Assembly: GCA_036649855.1 (NCBI GenBank)
Contig: JAVWAV010000003.1
Span: 10,286-74,285 of the forward strand
Source of the DNA: Bacilli bacterium
Lineage (GTDB): Bacteria; Bacillota_I; Bacilli_A; RFN20; CAG-826
DNA: 64,000 nucleotides
Direction: 5' to 3'
Shown in pieces: positions 9,906-19,585 of this stretch (the stretch's first letter is position 1; every line of letters starts with the position of its first letter). Both the position numbers and the translations under genes were made by a program. The notes under the pieces were generated by a model. That model was not told where the DNA came from and did no database searches. It saw only the letters and a program-made list of their open reading frames with translations.

Positions 9906-10337
9906 CTAAGATGTAAATATTCCAATCCAACCTCTGGCATTAGCAAGAGCAATCAATCTTCTTCCATATCCTGTTGTATTGAAGTATCCGTATCCAACAT
10001 TTTTCTCGAGATAATATTCTATATCATAATCGTAACTTACTCCTGCAACACTTCTTGATTTCATAACTCCACCTGCCGTAGCATCTGAGTCTGTTGATTG
10101 TGCAAATCTAGGATCTGTGATTATAATAAAATGTGCGACTGCTAATGACATTGCTTCTTCCCACTCTTCTTGCCAATAACTATAATTCAGTCTGAGTCTC
10201 ATTTTTTCAACTGCTAAATTATATAAATCAAGATTTGCATTGTCTTCTACCCACCACTTTAATTTTGGTATATATAACTTAAATTTAGTTACATCAAATG
10301 ATGGTGGAGTTGTAGGATCTGGTATTCCATTTAACAT
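9906..10337 (-). CDS. head-tail adaptor-like protein (DUF4054-like position)
   Basis: 143 aa; second gene after the capsid gene. Confidence 0.4.
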   Translation of the reverse strand: MLNGIPDPTTPPSFDVTKFKLYIPKLKWWVEDNANLDLYNLAVEKMRLRLNYSYWQEEWEEAMSLAVAHFIIITDPRFAQSTDSDATAGGVMKSRSVAGVSYDYDIEYYLEKNVGYGYFNTTGYGRRLIALANARGWIGIFTS

Positions 10338-10355
10338 TAACAGTCACCTCCTTTA

Positions 10356-10676
10356 TTATCTTAATGTTCTATAAACTTTTCCTGAGTCGATTAATTGTCT
10401 TAATGACTCATTTTTCAAATCTTCTTCATTCAATTCTACTGATTCATTTGGACTGAAATAAAAGAAATTATCTGGTTTTGCCCATGTTCCATAAGTTCTT
10501 GCAATAGTTCCATCAGAATTCTTTCTATCCATTGATGTAAGTTTTTTAAGAACTCTCACAGGAGTAACAGATTTATATTTACCTGCTACATATCTTGGAT
10601 CTTTTTCTTCTACTTTTTTATTTGAAACACGAGGAGTTTCTTCAACTACCTCGCCAATTTTTGTTTGTTCTGGCAT
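10356..10676 (-). CDS. hypothetical protein
   Basis: 106-aa ORF with a GGAGGG RBS. Confidence 0.55.
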   Translation of the reverse strand: MPEQTKIGEVVEETPRVSNKKVEEKDPRYVAGKYKSVTPVRVLKKLTSMDRKNSDGTIARTYGTWAKPDNFFYFSPNESVELNEEDLKNESLRQLIDSGKVYRTLR

Positions 10677-10734
10677 AGTTTTGCCCTCCTATAAATATTA
10701 AATTATTAAAATTAAAATTATAAATATGTATTCA

Positions 10735-10777
10735 GCAGAGAGTATTTCATCTCTGCCGACCATGTTGTAAAACATGG
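10735..10777 (-). terminator. tandem hairpins downstream of the capsid gene (putative terminator/stabiliser)
   Basis: Two 7-bp stems are present: CCATGTT/AACATGG and GCAGAGA/TCTCTGC. T-runs are weak. Confidence 0.4.
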
Positions 10778-10794
10778 ATTTTAGTTTAATTAGA

Positions 10795-11916
10795 TTATAC
10801 TTGTGCTGCAGTGAAATCCCAATATGTTACTGCACCAAGATCAGTTGAATTAACATTATACATTAATTGAATATCTGATACTTGACCTACAAAATAAGTT
10901 GTATAACACAATTTATCTGTATTAGGACCTGTGTAGTATACTTGAACTGGATAAGGGATATCCATTCTTACATAGTCTTCATTGAACTTGTAAGCAACAA
11001 TACGACCTGCACTGTTTGTTCCTGCACCATTCAATCTTGAACGACCTCTGATTTTCAACTTGTAGTTATCCATACCTGCTGCTCTTGCTTCATCCAATCC
11101 AACATTGAATTCCATTAAGAAATTACGAAGTGTATTAGAGTAAAGAGTAGAGAATCTGCTTGACAATTCAGTTGCATCATTTGTAGGAAGCAAGAATGTA
11201 TCTGGTAACAAATCAATGTTATTGTTTGTATTAATTAAATAGAATGATAAAATTCCGTTTAATGTAGATACAATTTCTGCATCTGTCATTTGTGCGAATC
11301 CTGTTGCAGTTGCATCTGCAGTTCCACGAGGAATAACAGTTGTTACAACATTTGTTGAAGTGAACAATCCATCATTTCCGTTTGTTCCTTCGTATGCAAT
11401 TTTATCACAGAATAGATCCCAACCTGCTAAGATTGCATCTTTATAAATTGCTTCAATTGATTTTGCAAAGTTAACTTTTTCAAGTTTATCAACTTCTATG
11501 AATTTGATTTCGTAAGCAATTTCAAAATTGTGAACATTTACTTTCTTGTGATTTAGTTTAGCATTTACTTTTGGTATTAAGTTGACATTGTTACCTGTCA
11601 AGTTTGCATCTGTTGGCATACCAATCCAATCTACAGTGAAGAAGTCAACATAGTCAACCATTCCACCACCAACTTTAATAGGAACATCTTGTGCGTATGT
11701 TGTATTAAATTTTGGTTCGTAAACTTTTTCATGAAGTTTACTCAATTCTGTCATAACGAAAGCGAAGTTTGCGTCATGAATGTTTGTTTTACCTAGACTT
11801 TTATATAGTCCTGGATTTGCGTCTCTTAATGAGATACCTTTCTTGCATTCTGCTGCATCGTGAGCAATAGAATTAGCAGAATCTCTAAGAGATATTTTTG
11901 TCATTATATTTTCCAT
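10795..11916 (-). CDS. major capsid protein (HK97-fold, DUF2184-like)
   Basis: 373 aa. It follows a DUF2213-like protease/scaffold gene and a small decoration-like gene, and is followed by hairpins. Confidence 0.75.
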   Translation of the reverse strand: MENIMTKISLRDSANSIAHDAAECKKGISLRDANPGLYKSLGKTNIHDANFAFVMTELSKLHEKVYEPKFNTTYAQDVPIKVGGGMVDYVDFFTVDWIGMPTDANLTGNNVNLIPKVNAKLNHKKVNVHNFEIAYEIKFIEVDKLEKVNFAKSIEAIYKDAILAGWDLFCDKIAYEGTNGNDGLFTSTNVVTTVIPRGTADATATGFAQMTDAEIVSTLNGILSFYLINTNNNIDLLPDTFLLPTNDATELSSRFSTLYSNTLRNFLMEFNVGLDEARAAGMDNYKLKIRGRSRLNGAGTNSAGRIVAYKFNEDYVRMDIPYPVQVYYTGPNTDKLCYTTYFVGQVSDIQLMYNVNSTDLGAVTYWDFTAAQV

Positions 11917-11930
11917 TATTCTATTCCTCC

Positions 11931-12407
11931 TTAAATATATTGAACGAAGATAACTGTTACATTACCATTTGTTCTTCCCATGAATCTTGCACCTGGAATT
12001 TGTGTATTATTTGTTGATGTTGCTGTGAATGCTTTGTTTGTGAAGTCATAATATACTGGAGCACCCTCTGCTGGAGCAGATCCATGTAATTTGACTGCGA
12101 TTTCACCATAAATCAATGCACCTGCATTGTCTCCTGACATGAATTTAACCTCTGTAGCACTTTGTGGAAATACTGTGTCTACTTTGATGTTTGTTGCAAG
12201 TGCAATACCTGCGAATTTTTCTGAACTTGCTGCATATTCTTTATACACTTGTGTATTAGCAGTGCATGCTACTGGAGTTCCTGGAACGATACCACTAGTT
12301 TCTGTTGAAGCAACTTTGAATGCTCTAACTTCAATTTGACTGGCATTTGTTTCATAACCTAGTGCAATTTGGTCAAATCCAGATTGTCCTAAAATTAATT
12401 TTGACAT
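11931..12407 (-). CDS. head decoration/cement-like protein
   Basis: 158 aa, beta-rich and A/G/T-rich, sited between the scaffold and capsid genes. Confidence 0.45.
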   Translation of the reverse strand: MSKLILGQSGFDQIALGYETNASQIEVRAFKVASTETSGIVPGTPVACTANTQVYKEYAASSEKFAGIALATNIKVDTVFPQSATEVKFMSGDNAGALIYGEIAVKLHGSAPAEGAPVYYDFTNKAFTATSTNNTQIPGARFMGRTNGNVTVIFVQYI

Positions 12408-12422
12408 TTTCTACTTTCCTCC

Positions 12423-13493
12423 TTATTTACTTGCTGCTCTATTATATCTATCTTGAAAACTCTTTTCAATTGAAGATGCTGTATTTACTTTTTGAGCATC
12501 TGTCATTTTAGCGAATTTTGAATAGACAGTTTTAGAGTCCTTTGTTGTTACTGTGGTTTCCTCAGAAATTTCATCTGCGTCTAAGAGTTCACCACCACAA
12601 TCTTCTGTTTCTGTTGCAACTTCTTCAGTGATATCTTCATCACCAACAACCTCTTCTTCAGTTTTCACTTCTATTGGTTGTTCTGGAGCAACTTCTTCTT
12701 TAACTGCTGGTTCCTCGTCTGCCTCTTTAACAGTCAACATGTCGATAACTTGCATTAATAGTGTTTTAATTTCTGCTAATGTAGGTTCTTCATCTTGTTC
12801 TGCTACAGGAGCATCTTCAGATGCTTGAGGAATGTCTTCTTTAACTTCAACATCTTCAGGAATTTCTTCCACTTCAAAGATATCTTCGTCAAATAATCTT
12901 ACTTTTTTCTTTGACATTTTTGTTCCTCCTAACTTATTGATCTTTTCTGCACTATCTCTTATGGTAGCACATCCTGCTCGACCATCTTCTACCAATGCCA
13001 AATGATTTCCACGAATTTTAGTCATATAGTATTTGCCACCCTTATCAACAATTACAGTGTCATATCCTAATGATAATTCTCGTTTGTCACCTGATAGAAT
13101 TTCTTCAATGGTGTCTGCATCTGTTACAACAAGATCACAAATCAAACAATCTTTCGTGTTATCATCTTCACCTCGTCTAACATTATACATGTATCCCTTA
13201 GCAAGATCTTTGTAGTTAACTAGAGATACATTTTCTTGAGGATGGTCATCAACAAATGGTTTGTTCTCAAACGATGCAATTGATGTTGGATCAAATACTT
13301 CGTCGTCAGTCCTGAAGACTTTAACTATTTTATTTCTGTCGCCACCCTCAATTATTTCGCTTTCCAAGTAATCATAAATACCTGTTCTCGCTATAATACA
13401 ATCACGACAAATAAGTTGACCATTACTATCTTTCCATATTCTGTCAGATATTTTAATACCATATGTCGTTCTTGTGCTATCTAATAATCGCAT
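12423..13493 (-). CDS. prohead protease/scaffold protein (DUF2213-like) with acidic C-terminal half
   Basis: The N-terminal half (..ELSLGYD..IRGNHLALVEDGRAGCATIRDS) resembles the DUF2213 family. The C-terminal half is E/D/V-rich. Confidence 0.6.
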   Translation of the reverse strand: MRLLDSTRTTYGIKISDRIWKDSNGQLICRDCIIARTGIYDYLESEIIEGGDRNKIVKVFRTDDEVFDPTSIASFENKPFVDDHPQENVSLVNYKDLAKGYMYNVRRGEDDNTKDCLICDLVVTDADTIEEILSGDKRELSLGYDTVIVDKGGKYYMTKIRGNHLALVEDGRAGCATIRDSAEKINKLGGTKMSKKKVRLFDEDIFEVEEIPEDVEVKEDIPQASEDAPVAEQDEEPTLAEIKTLLMQVIDMLTVKEADEEPAVKEEVAPEQPIEVKTEEEVVGDEDITEEVATETEDCGGELLDADEISEETTVTTKDSKTVYSKFAKMTDAQKVNTASSIEKSFQDRYNRAASK

Positions 13494-13523
13494 GAGTCTT
13501 TAACCTCCCTCTATTTAGTATTA

Positions 13524-14171
13524 CTATTTTAGATTTATAATGTTGTCTTTTTCTTGCTCCAAAGTAAAATTCTTTTTAGTTATTCCGAATTTTTCTTCTA
13601 AAACATTTCGAATAATCCACAACCTATTATTTATTGTTGCATAACTCATTCCAAGTTCTTTTCGAATTTCTTTTAATGAATATCCTTTATACAGTAATAC
13701 TAATTCTTGAATATAAGGTTCTGAGAGAACTTCTGATAAATCTTTGAATAATTTTTGAACAGCCATTTCACTAGATAACATCTCATCAAATGATATATTA
13801 TTGTCTGGAATGTTTTCCTCTAGTGATGACTCAGAATCTTCTTCTGTATCAAAAGCACTAAATGGAATACTAACTATTTCTTTCTTATGTGTTAAATCAT
13901 AATTTTCATTTTTAACTGCCATTTTGAAATAACTGAATAATTGATTATCAGATTGAAAAAGAGGTTGAATATCTGACTTTATAATTTTATTGAAAAATTT
14001 TCTAACTAACAAATATACATCTCCATCGCTTTCAATATATTTGAAAACATTGATATATATTGGTTTAAATCTTTCCCAATATTTATTTACAAAATCTGTT
14101 AATTCGACCTCTTTATTGCACAGTTTTAATAAATCAGTTACAATAGTTACATCCCATTTTTCATTATTCAT
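13524..14171 (-). CDS. sigma-70-like transcription factor (region 4 HTH)
   Basis: The C-terminus LVLLYKGYSLKEIRKELGMSYATINNRLWIIRNVL is a sigma region-4/LuxR-type HTH. Confidence 0.55.
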   Translation of the reverse strand: MNNEKWDVTIVTDLLKLCNKEVELTDFVNKYWERFKPIYINVFKYIESDGDVYLLVRKFFNKIIKSDIQPLFQSDNQLFSYFKMAVKNENYDLTHKKEIVSIPFSAFDTEEDSESSLEENIPDNNISFDEMLSSEMAVQKLFKDLSEVLSEPYIQELVLLYKGYSLKEIRKELGMSYATINNRLWIIRNVLEEKFGITKKNFTLEQEKDNIINLK

Positions 14172-14261
14172 ACTTATTGATTTTCTCTCCTAAATCCTGT
14201 ATTCATTAATTATTATACAGGAAGTTTCAAGAATTTTTTATGAGATGAAGAAAAATTTATT

Positions 14262-15230
14262 TTATCCCAACAATTTTATTAATTCTGTCTCGTCGGAAAT
14301 AAATAATTTTCCATATTGTTTAAGAAATGCTGTTTTGGTATATGTTGCTATTCTTCCAGATTGAATATTCACAAGTTCTTTTCCGTTCTTTGATTTAGTA
14401 TTTATAATTAAATCTTCCGCAACTCTTACTGGAAAATGAATATCATCTAGATCAAAAATTGCAAGAGGAATACATCTACAATTTGGAAATTCTCCACAAT
14501 GTCCATGCATACTAGATACACTTCCCTGTTGTGTTGTATAATTAAATGTTACAGCATCATTCCAAAATACTAAAACATTATCTAACATTTGATGAGAGTC
14601 TCTCACTCTTGCATCTCCACTAGTTGACCACATATATGCTTTCACTCCAACTGATCTGGATCTTACTTCTGTGATTGCCGTATTTACTTTTGCACTTTCA
14701 GTTCTTACAATTAGTTTTGCTCTGTTTCCAAGTCTTTCATATAACTCACTTTCAATTTCTGTTCCCCTGAATGCTTTTCCTTCCATATATCCTTTACGGA
14801 GAAGTTTATATACATCCTTAGGTAAATTTTTTATTAATGACATATTATATTCAAACTTATCTAATAATGGATCTACAAGTTTTTGTGATTTTATTAGATT
14901 TGTCATTGCTTTATTAAATTTTTTATTATCTTCTTTCTTCTTTTTTAATTGATCTAACCCTGATGTAACTGCTTTAATTATTTCAGTAAATCCTTCATTG
15001 TTTCGTTTCAATACTTTACTTCTAAGACTTTTTATATATTTCGATAATTCTTTTGTATTTATGTTTTCAATTATTTCATCAACTTCATTAATAGTCATAG
15101 CATTTCTTATTTTTTTACCAATACTATTTTTTACATCAGAAATAAACATGTTTACAAATACATCTTCTGCTGAAGATTTTAATTTCATCTTTTTTCTCAA
15201 TTTCTTTTCTTGACTTTTGGTTAGTTTCAT
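14262..15230 (-). CDS. head morphogenesis protein, MuF/SPP1 gp7 family
   Basis: Motif GDARVRDSHQMLDN...FPNCRCIPL. The start is moved to the ATG at 15230 (MKLTKSQ), which has a terminator, TATAAT and RBS just upstream. Confidence 0.8.
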   Translation of the reverse strand: MKLTKSQEKKLRKKMKLKSSAEDVFVNMFISDVKNSIGKKIRNAMTINEVDEIIENINTKELSKYIKSLRSKVLKRNNEGFTEIIKAVTSGLDQLKKKKEDNKKFNKAMTNLIKSQKLVDPLLDKFEYNMSLIKNLPKDVYKLLRKGYMEGKAFRGTEIESELYERLGNRAKLIVRTESAKVNTAITEVRSRSVGVKAYMWSTSGDARVRDSHQMLDNVLVFWNDAVTFNYTTQQGSVSSMHGHCGEFPNCRCIPLAIFDLDDIHFPVRVAEDLIINTKSKNGKELVNIQSGRIATYTKTAFLKQYGKLFISDETELIKLLG

Positions 15231-15261
15231 TAAATAAAGTCTCCTATCATAATTTATTATA

Positions 15262-15297
15262 CAAAAATTCCTCTCGTTTTTTACAGTGAGAGGAATT
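15262..15297 (-). terminator. rho-independent terminator
   Basis: 10-bp stem AATTCCTCTC/GAGAGGAATT followed by TTTT on the minus strand, then a TATAAT-like box. Confidence 0.6.
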
Positions 15298-15301
15298 TTG
15301 A

Positions 15302-16891
15302 TCATTTTAATATATTTATAACTTTTTGTTTTAATTCTTCGATATCTTTTGAATACACCTTTTCATGAACTTCTTGTTTTTTAAGGTCTACATTAGGATT
15401 TTCATGTCTTCCTGTTAAAGTTTTATCGATAAATCCATAATAATTGTATTTACTTCCCAATGTTACAACAGTTGTAAAATACCAAATTCTATCCCATGGT
15501 TTATAAAAATATGTTATATTTTCTCCATTCCAATTTCTTATCTTTGAAACAAGTTCGTCAACTGAATTTACTTTAATACTTTCATCATGTAATTCTTCTC
15601 TGGATTCTTTCATTTCTTCAAAATCTTGTTCTATTCCATTCTGAATTGAATTTAATGTTTCTTTTGAAAATACTGATTTGTCTTCTATTTCAACATAATA
15701 TTTATATCCATTGGTGTTATACTGATATTTATTTTTAACTAACCAATCTTCAAATTTTTCTGCATCATTGGTATTTCTAAATGTAAATCCTATATATCCC
15801 TGAGAATCTTTATTTTCAGAACCATTACAATTCTTTGCAACATTTCTAAGTTCTATTGGATCGAAGTCTTTAACTATTTTATTAGTAGTTTCTTTTATAA
15901 TTTCTCCATCGTATCCAAGTCCTCTATTATTTTTCAATAAATATTCTGCTCTTTCTTTTGTTAGATTATCAACTTTGAAATCACCTGTCGTTCCATGCAT
16001 TATATATGTCCAATTATTTTCTTCACTAGAATCTTTTATTGTTTGTTTTGTCTTAGATAGTAATTCTCTTAATGCTTGTATACCTTTTTCTGCTGTATCT
16101 GCTGTTCTAGAACCTATTCTAGTAAACTTGCCGTCTCTAAATACAATATTACATTCAATAATATACCAACCTTGTTTTACATTATCAAAATCTGGTTCGA
16201 AGTTTAGATTGATATGAATTTTAGCAAGTTCTGATTTTCCTGTTGAACTATTAATGTAAGTTGACTGTTTTAACGGAGTTTCGAATTCGACAAATACTGC
16301 TTTATCACTTCTATTTTTATCAATATTTCTCATTAATTCTGAACATTTAACAAGAATTTCATCTCTGCTTGCAAGATTGTCGTTTATGTCCTTATCATTT
16401 ACCACTATCTTCCAAACTTTCATCACTCCTAGATTTCCTCTATTATTTTTATAGATTTCATCTGAACCTGACATATCATAAAAATTATCTAAGTTATTAA
16501 CATAATTGTCTAATTGACTTCTACTTGAAAATTTCTTTGTTTCTAACAATGCTCCAGATTTATTATATATCTTTGCAACTAATACAGGTTCTAAATCTTT
16601 TACTTTTGTATCTATTATACCTGTTGAATCTGCTCCAAAATAATTTTCAAGAACACTCTTTAATTTATTCTTAGATCCTCTCAATACTAATTGATATTCA
16701 TTCCCTACTTTTTCTGCTACTGCACTTACTCCATATGCTCTTGCTTCTGCTATATCTTGTTTCAACATCTTATCGTCTTTCGAAGGATATCCTCCTAAAA
16801 TGTAGTGAGCATCTTTAACTTTGGTAACTGCATCAATAAACGATATTGAGTCAACAATAAATACTTTGTTTTTATAACTTACCTTAAACAT
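15302..16891 (-). CDS. head-module protein of unknown function carrying the N-terminal shared module
   Basis: The N-terminus MFKVSYKNKVFIVDSISFIDAVTKVKDA matches the module seen in five other ORFs. Confidence 0.6.
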   Translation of the reverse strand: MFKVSYKNKVFIVDSISFIDAVTKVKDAHYILGGYPSKDDKMLKQDIAEARAYGVSAVAEKVGNEYQLVLRGSKNKLKSVLENYFGADSTGIIDTKVKDLEPVLVAKIYNKSGALLETKKFSSRSQLDNYVNNLDNFYDMSGSDEIYKNNRGNLGVMKVWKIVVNDKDINDNLASRDEILVKCSELMRNIDKNRSDKAVFVEFETPLKQSTYINSSTGKSELAKIHINLNFEPDFDNVKQGWYIIECNIVFRDGKFTRIGSRTADTAEKGIQALRELLSKTKQTIKDSSEENNWTYIMHGTTGDFKVDNLTKERAEYLLKNNRGLGYDGEIIKETTNKIVKDFDPIELRNVAKNCNGSENKDSQGYIGFTFRNTNDAEKFEDWLVKNKYQYNTNGYKYYVEIEDKSVFSKETLNSIQNGIEQDFEEMKESREELHDESIKVNSVDELVSKIRNWNGENITYFYKPWDRIWYFTTVVTLGSKYNYYGFIDKTLTGRHENPNVDLKKQEVHEKVYSKDIEELKQKVINILK

Positions 16892-16895
16892 TAAT

Positions 16896-17495
16896 TTATT
16901 CTCCTATATCGAATATTTCTGGATGATCCTTTGCGAATTTCTTTGCTAATAAAACTGTTGCTGCACATAATTGAACGCATTCTACAAATGTGTTCTTTGT
17001 AGGAGTTTTTCCCTCAAATTCATCATTTATTTCATGAACAATTTCACCCAATTCTTCTGTTAAAACTGCTACCCATCTATCATAAGTATTATTTACTGTT
17101 TCTGGATGTGCTTTTGTAACGATTCTCTTTATTTCCTCAAGAATTGCATTAAAGATGTCAGAAACAGTAATAATATTATCATTATCTGAGTCAACTGCTT
17201 TTACATACTGTTTATCAAAAAATTGATTTAACTTTGTTTCTGCATCCTCTTGAGAAGTTGCAATTACATTGTATTTTTTACCGTCTTTTTTAATCTTAAA
17301 CTTACGATATTTTATTTCTTTAGTATTTTGTTTAGGTTCGTCTAAATCGCTCTCTAAAGGTAAATCTAATGGTTTTTCAACCACTTCTGCAACTTCTTCT
17401 ACAGGAGTTTCTGTTTCTTCTAATTTAGTTTCTGACACATCTTCTTGTGTGTCTTTTACATCTTCTTTGAATACCTTTCTATCAAATATATTCAT
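16896..17495 (-). CDS. acidic N-terminus + shared module + MazG-like (all-alpha NTP pyrophosphohydrolase-like) C-terminal domain
   Basis: Module KYRKFKIKKDGKKYNVIATSQEDAETKLNQF. The C-terminal LTEELGEIVHEINDE resembles the MazG EExxE motif; the second acidic motif is degenerate. Confidence 0.4.
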   Translation of the reverse strand: MNIFDRKVFKEDVKDTQEDVSETKLEETETPVEEVAEVVEKPLDLPLESDLDEPKQNTKEIKYRKFKIKKDGKKYNVIATSQEDAETKLNQFFDKQYVKAVDSDNDNIITVSDIFNAILEEIKRIVTKAHPETVNNTYDRWVAVLTEELGEIVHEINDEFEGKTPTKNTFVECVQLCAATVLLAKKFAKDHPEIFDIGE

Positions 17496-17511
17496 TATTA
17501 TTTATATCCTC

Positions 17512-18984
17512 CTATTTGATTATGTTTCTAACTTTATTTTCAGCATCTTGTTTAGATGTTGCCTTAACTATAAACTTTCTATCTCCTACTTTAACATTGT
17601 AGTTCTTAACAGTTTTTACTCTGTCATATTCAGAAATATTTAATGTTGAAGTTGATGTTATTGTTGCATCTGATAACATTTTTTCTAATTTTTCTAGTGG
17701 TAAGATAAGATTTGTTGTTCCGTTGTCAAGTGAAAGTGTAACATCGCCTTTCTTAATTTTAACAACAGTTAATTGTGCATTACCATACTTTTCTTCCCAT
17801 CTTAGTTTACTTCCTAAAACTACTTTCCCAATATCGTTTACAGAGTCTGAGTCTTTTATTGCTGAGTCTCTGACTGATATTCCCATTTCTTTAAGTGCTT
17901 TTCTTCCTGCTGAAGTAATATGGTCGTCATCAACATCGTATTTATCATACCAACTTGAGATTTCTCCTGAATTTGTTGTAATCCTTAATAAGTCCCATAT
18001 AAGTCTTGTCTCAAGAACTTTATATCCACCTTTGGATTTTAATTGACTCACATAATCATTAATTTTATCCTTCCCAAGTTTATTGAATTTTTCACTGACA
18101 ACTTTATTTAAATCTTCTGATTTATAGTCTCTTATCGCTGAGTCGTTAACATTCCAAATTATTTTTCCATTCTTGTAAATCAATTTAGGATTTGTAAAGT
18201 ATTCAAAAACACTGTCTTTAGCGTCTTTATCTGAAGTGACATTCATTTGTTTTACATCACCCTCTTCAGACTCTATCTCATAAGTACTGTCTTTAACATT
18301 AGATGGACTTGCTGTTGCTTTATCATCTACATATAAATAATTATTATGAGGATATTGATGGAAAGTAGGACCAATCTTTTGTCCTTCTTTTGCAAGTTCT
18401 TCAAGTGAACCAATAGTTACAGATGGAGTAATTAAAAATTTCCATTTTCCATTCTCTTGTCCTGCATATTGAAGTCCTTTCTCTCTTGCCTTTGCAATAA
18501 ATTCTTTAATTTGAGGATACTGTATTGTATCTTCTACTTTCTTTGAATCTGTTGTTGCTGTTGCCATTTTATTCACTCCTCCTAACATATCTAATCCTTT
18601 ATTTAATATGTTCTCTAAAATTCCATCATTCTCTTTAATATCACATACAGAGCATAAAGGATCATTTACTGTTGCATTGTTTGCAGGAATAACATCAGAA
18701 TCTTCTGTATTATTCTTTGCAAGTGTATTATCAGATTCTATTGCTCCTGTTGTCGTAGTTTTGAATATTGAATTTAATATATCAATATGTTCTATTTCAT
18801 CATTTCGTATTCTTTCGAGTTTAGATCTATCTTCTTCAGATAGATCTGCTCTCTTTAATGCTTTATCATAACCATCAATTGCTTCTATTTCATCTGAAAT
18901 TAAAAATCCAAGATCATCTCTCTTTTCAGTAATTTGAGGAGTTTCTTCCTTACCTGTTTCTAAAACTTTTTCGTCTTTTAACAT
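17512..18984 (-). CDS. head-module protein with N-terminal encapsulated-ferritin-like domain and C-terminal shared module
   Basis: aa 25-75, LISDEIEAIDGYDKAL..IRNDEIEHIDIL, resemble the EncFtn/rubrerythrin-like ExxEA...EExEH pattern. The C-terminus is YNVKVGDRKFIVKATSKQDAENKVRNIIK. Confidence 0.5.
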   Translation of the reverse strand: MLKDEKVLETGKEETPQITEKRDDLGFLISDEIEAIDGYDKALKRADLSEEDRSKLERIRNDEIEHIDILNSIFKTTTTGAIESDNTLAKNNTEDSDVIPANNATVNDPLCSVCDIKENDGILENILNKGLDMLGGVNKMATATTDSKKVEDTIQYPQIKEFIAKAREKGLQYAGQENGKWKFLITPSVTIGSLEELAKEGQKIGPTFHQYPHNNYLYVDDKATASPSNVKDSTYEIESEEGDVKQMNVTSDKDAKDSVFEYFTNPKLIYKNGKIIWNVNDSAIRDYKSEDLNKVVSEKFNKLGKDKINDYVSQLKSKGGYKVLETRLIWDLLRITTNSGEISSWYDKYDVDDDHITSAGRKALKEMGISVRDSAIKDSDSVNDIGKVVLGSKLRWEEKYGNAQLTVVKIKKGDVTLSLDNGTTNLILPLEKLEKMLSDATITSTSTLNISEYDRVKTVKNYNVKVGDRKFIVKATSKQDAENKVRNIIK

Positions 18985-18996
18985 TTAGTAATCTCC

Positions 18997-19569
18997 TTAT
19001 TTCTTTCCAAATTTAAATACTGGACTATTCTGAACATCGTTAACTATCTTTACATCTTCAATTTTTGCTGTATTTGTTTTCACTTGCTTTACTTTTGCAT
19101 GTTTCTTTACATTATGCTTTCTATTCTTTATATTTAGTATAACTTCAATAAATTCGAATATAAATGACAATGCTGTAAATAAAGAAATAACAAACATGTA
19201 TATAATTACTTTAGAACTTCCAATAGTTACAAGTTCTACTGGATTAAATACTGTAATAAATATATAAGTTATTGCAGCAATAATTAATGATACTGTCAAT
19301 AATCTAATTAATGATTTCATGATAGGATGTTTACACTCTGCATTTGTATATCTCTTATAATTATTTATTGCAAATATAAATGTTAATAGTGCAACAATCT
19401 CGACTGCTGCAGTTATTAGTATTCCCTTCAATCCTACAGTATTATAAAGATTTACTGCAGTTAATTCAAGTGAACCTCCAAATACTGCTAATACTTGTAT
19501 TCCTGTATACGCCAATAAAATTGCCATTGTTGAATACATTATTCCTCTGAATATATTAAGTTTTTTCAT
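18997..19569 (-). CDS. multi-pass membrane protein
   Basis: Four to five hydrophobic helices and a basic C-terminal tail. Confidence 0.6.
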   Translation of the reverse strand: MKKLNIFRGIMYSTMAILLAYTGIQVLAVFGGSLELTAVNLYNTVGLKGILITAAVEIVALLTFIFAINNYKRYTNAECKHPIMKSLIRLLTVSLIIAAITYIFITVFNPVELVTIGSSKVIIYMFVISLFTALSFIFEFIEVILNIKNRKHNVKKHAKVKQVKTNTAKIEDVKIVNDVQNSPVFKFGKK

Positions 19570-19585
19570 TTTCTAATTCCTCCTA

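Noticed and set aside
14262-15305. The long N-terminal extension of the MuF gene (start at 15305 in the track).
   Set aside because: The first 25 codons run through a strong terminator hairpin (15262-15297) and a TATAAT box. An ATG at 15230 with an RBS gives a normal start.
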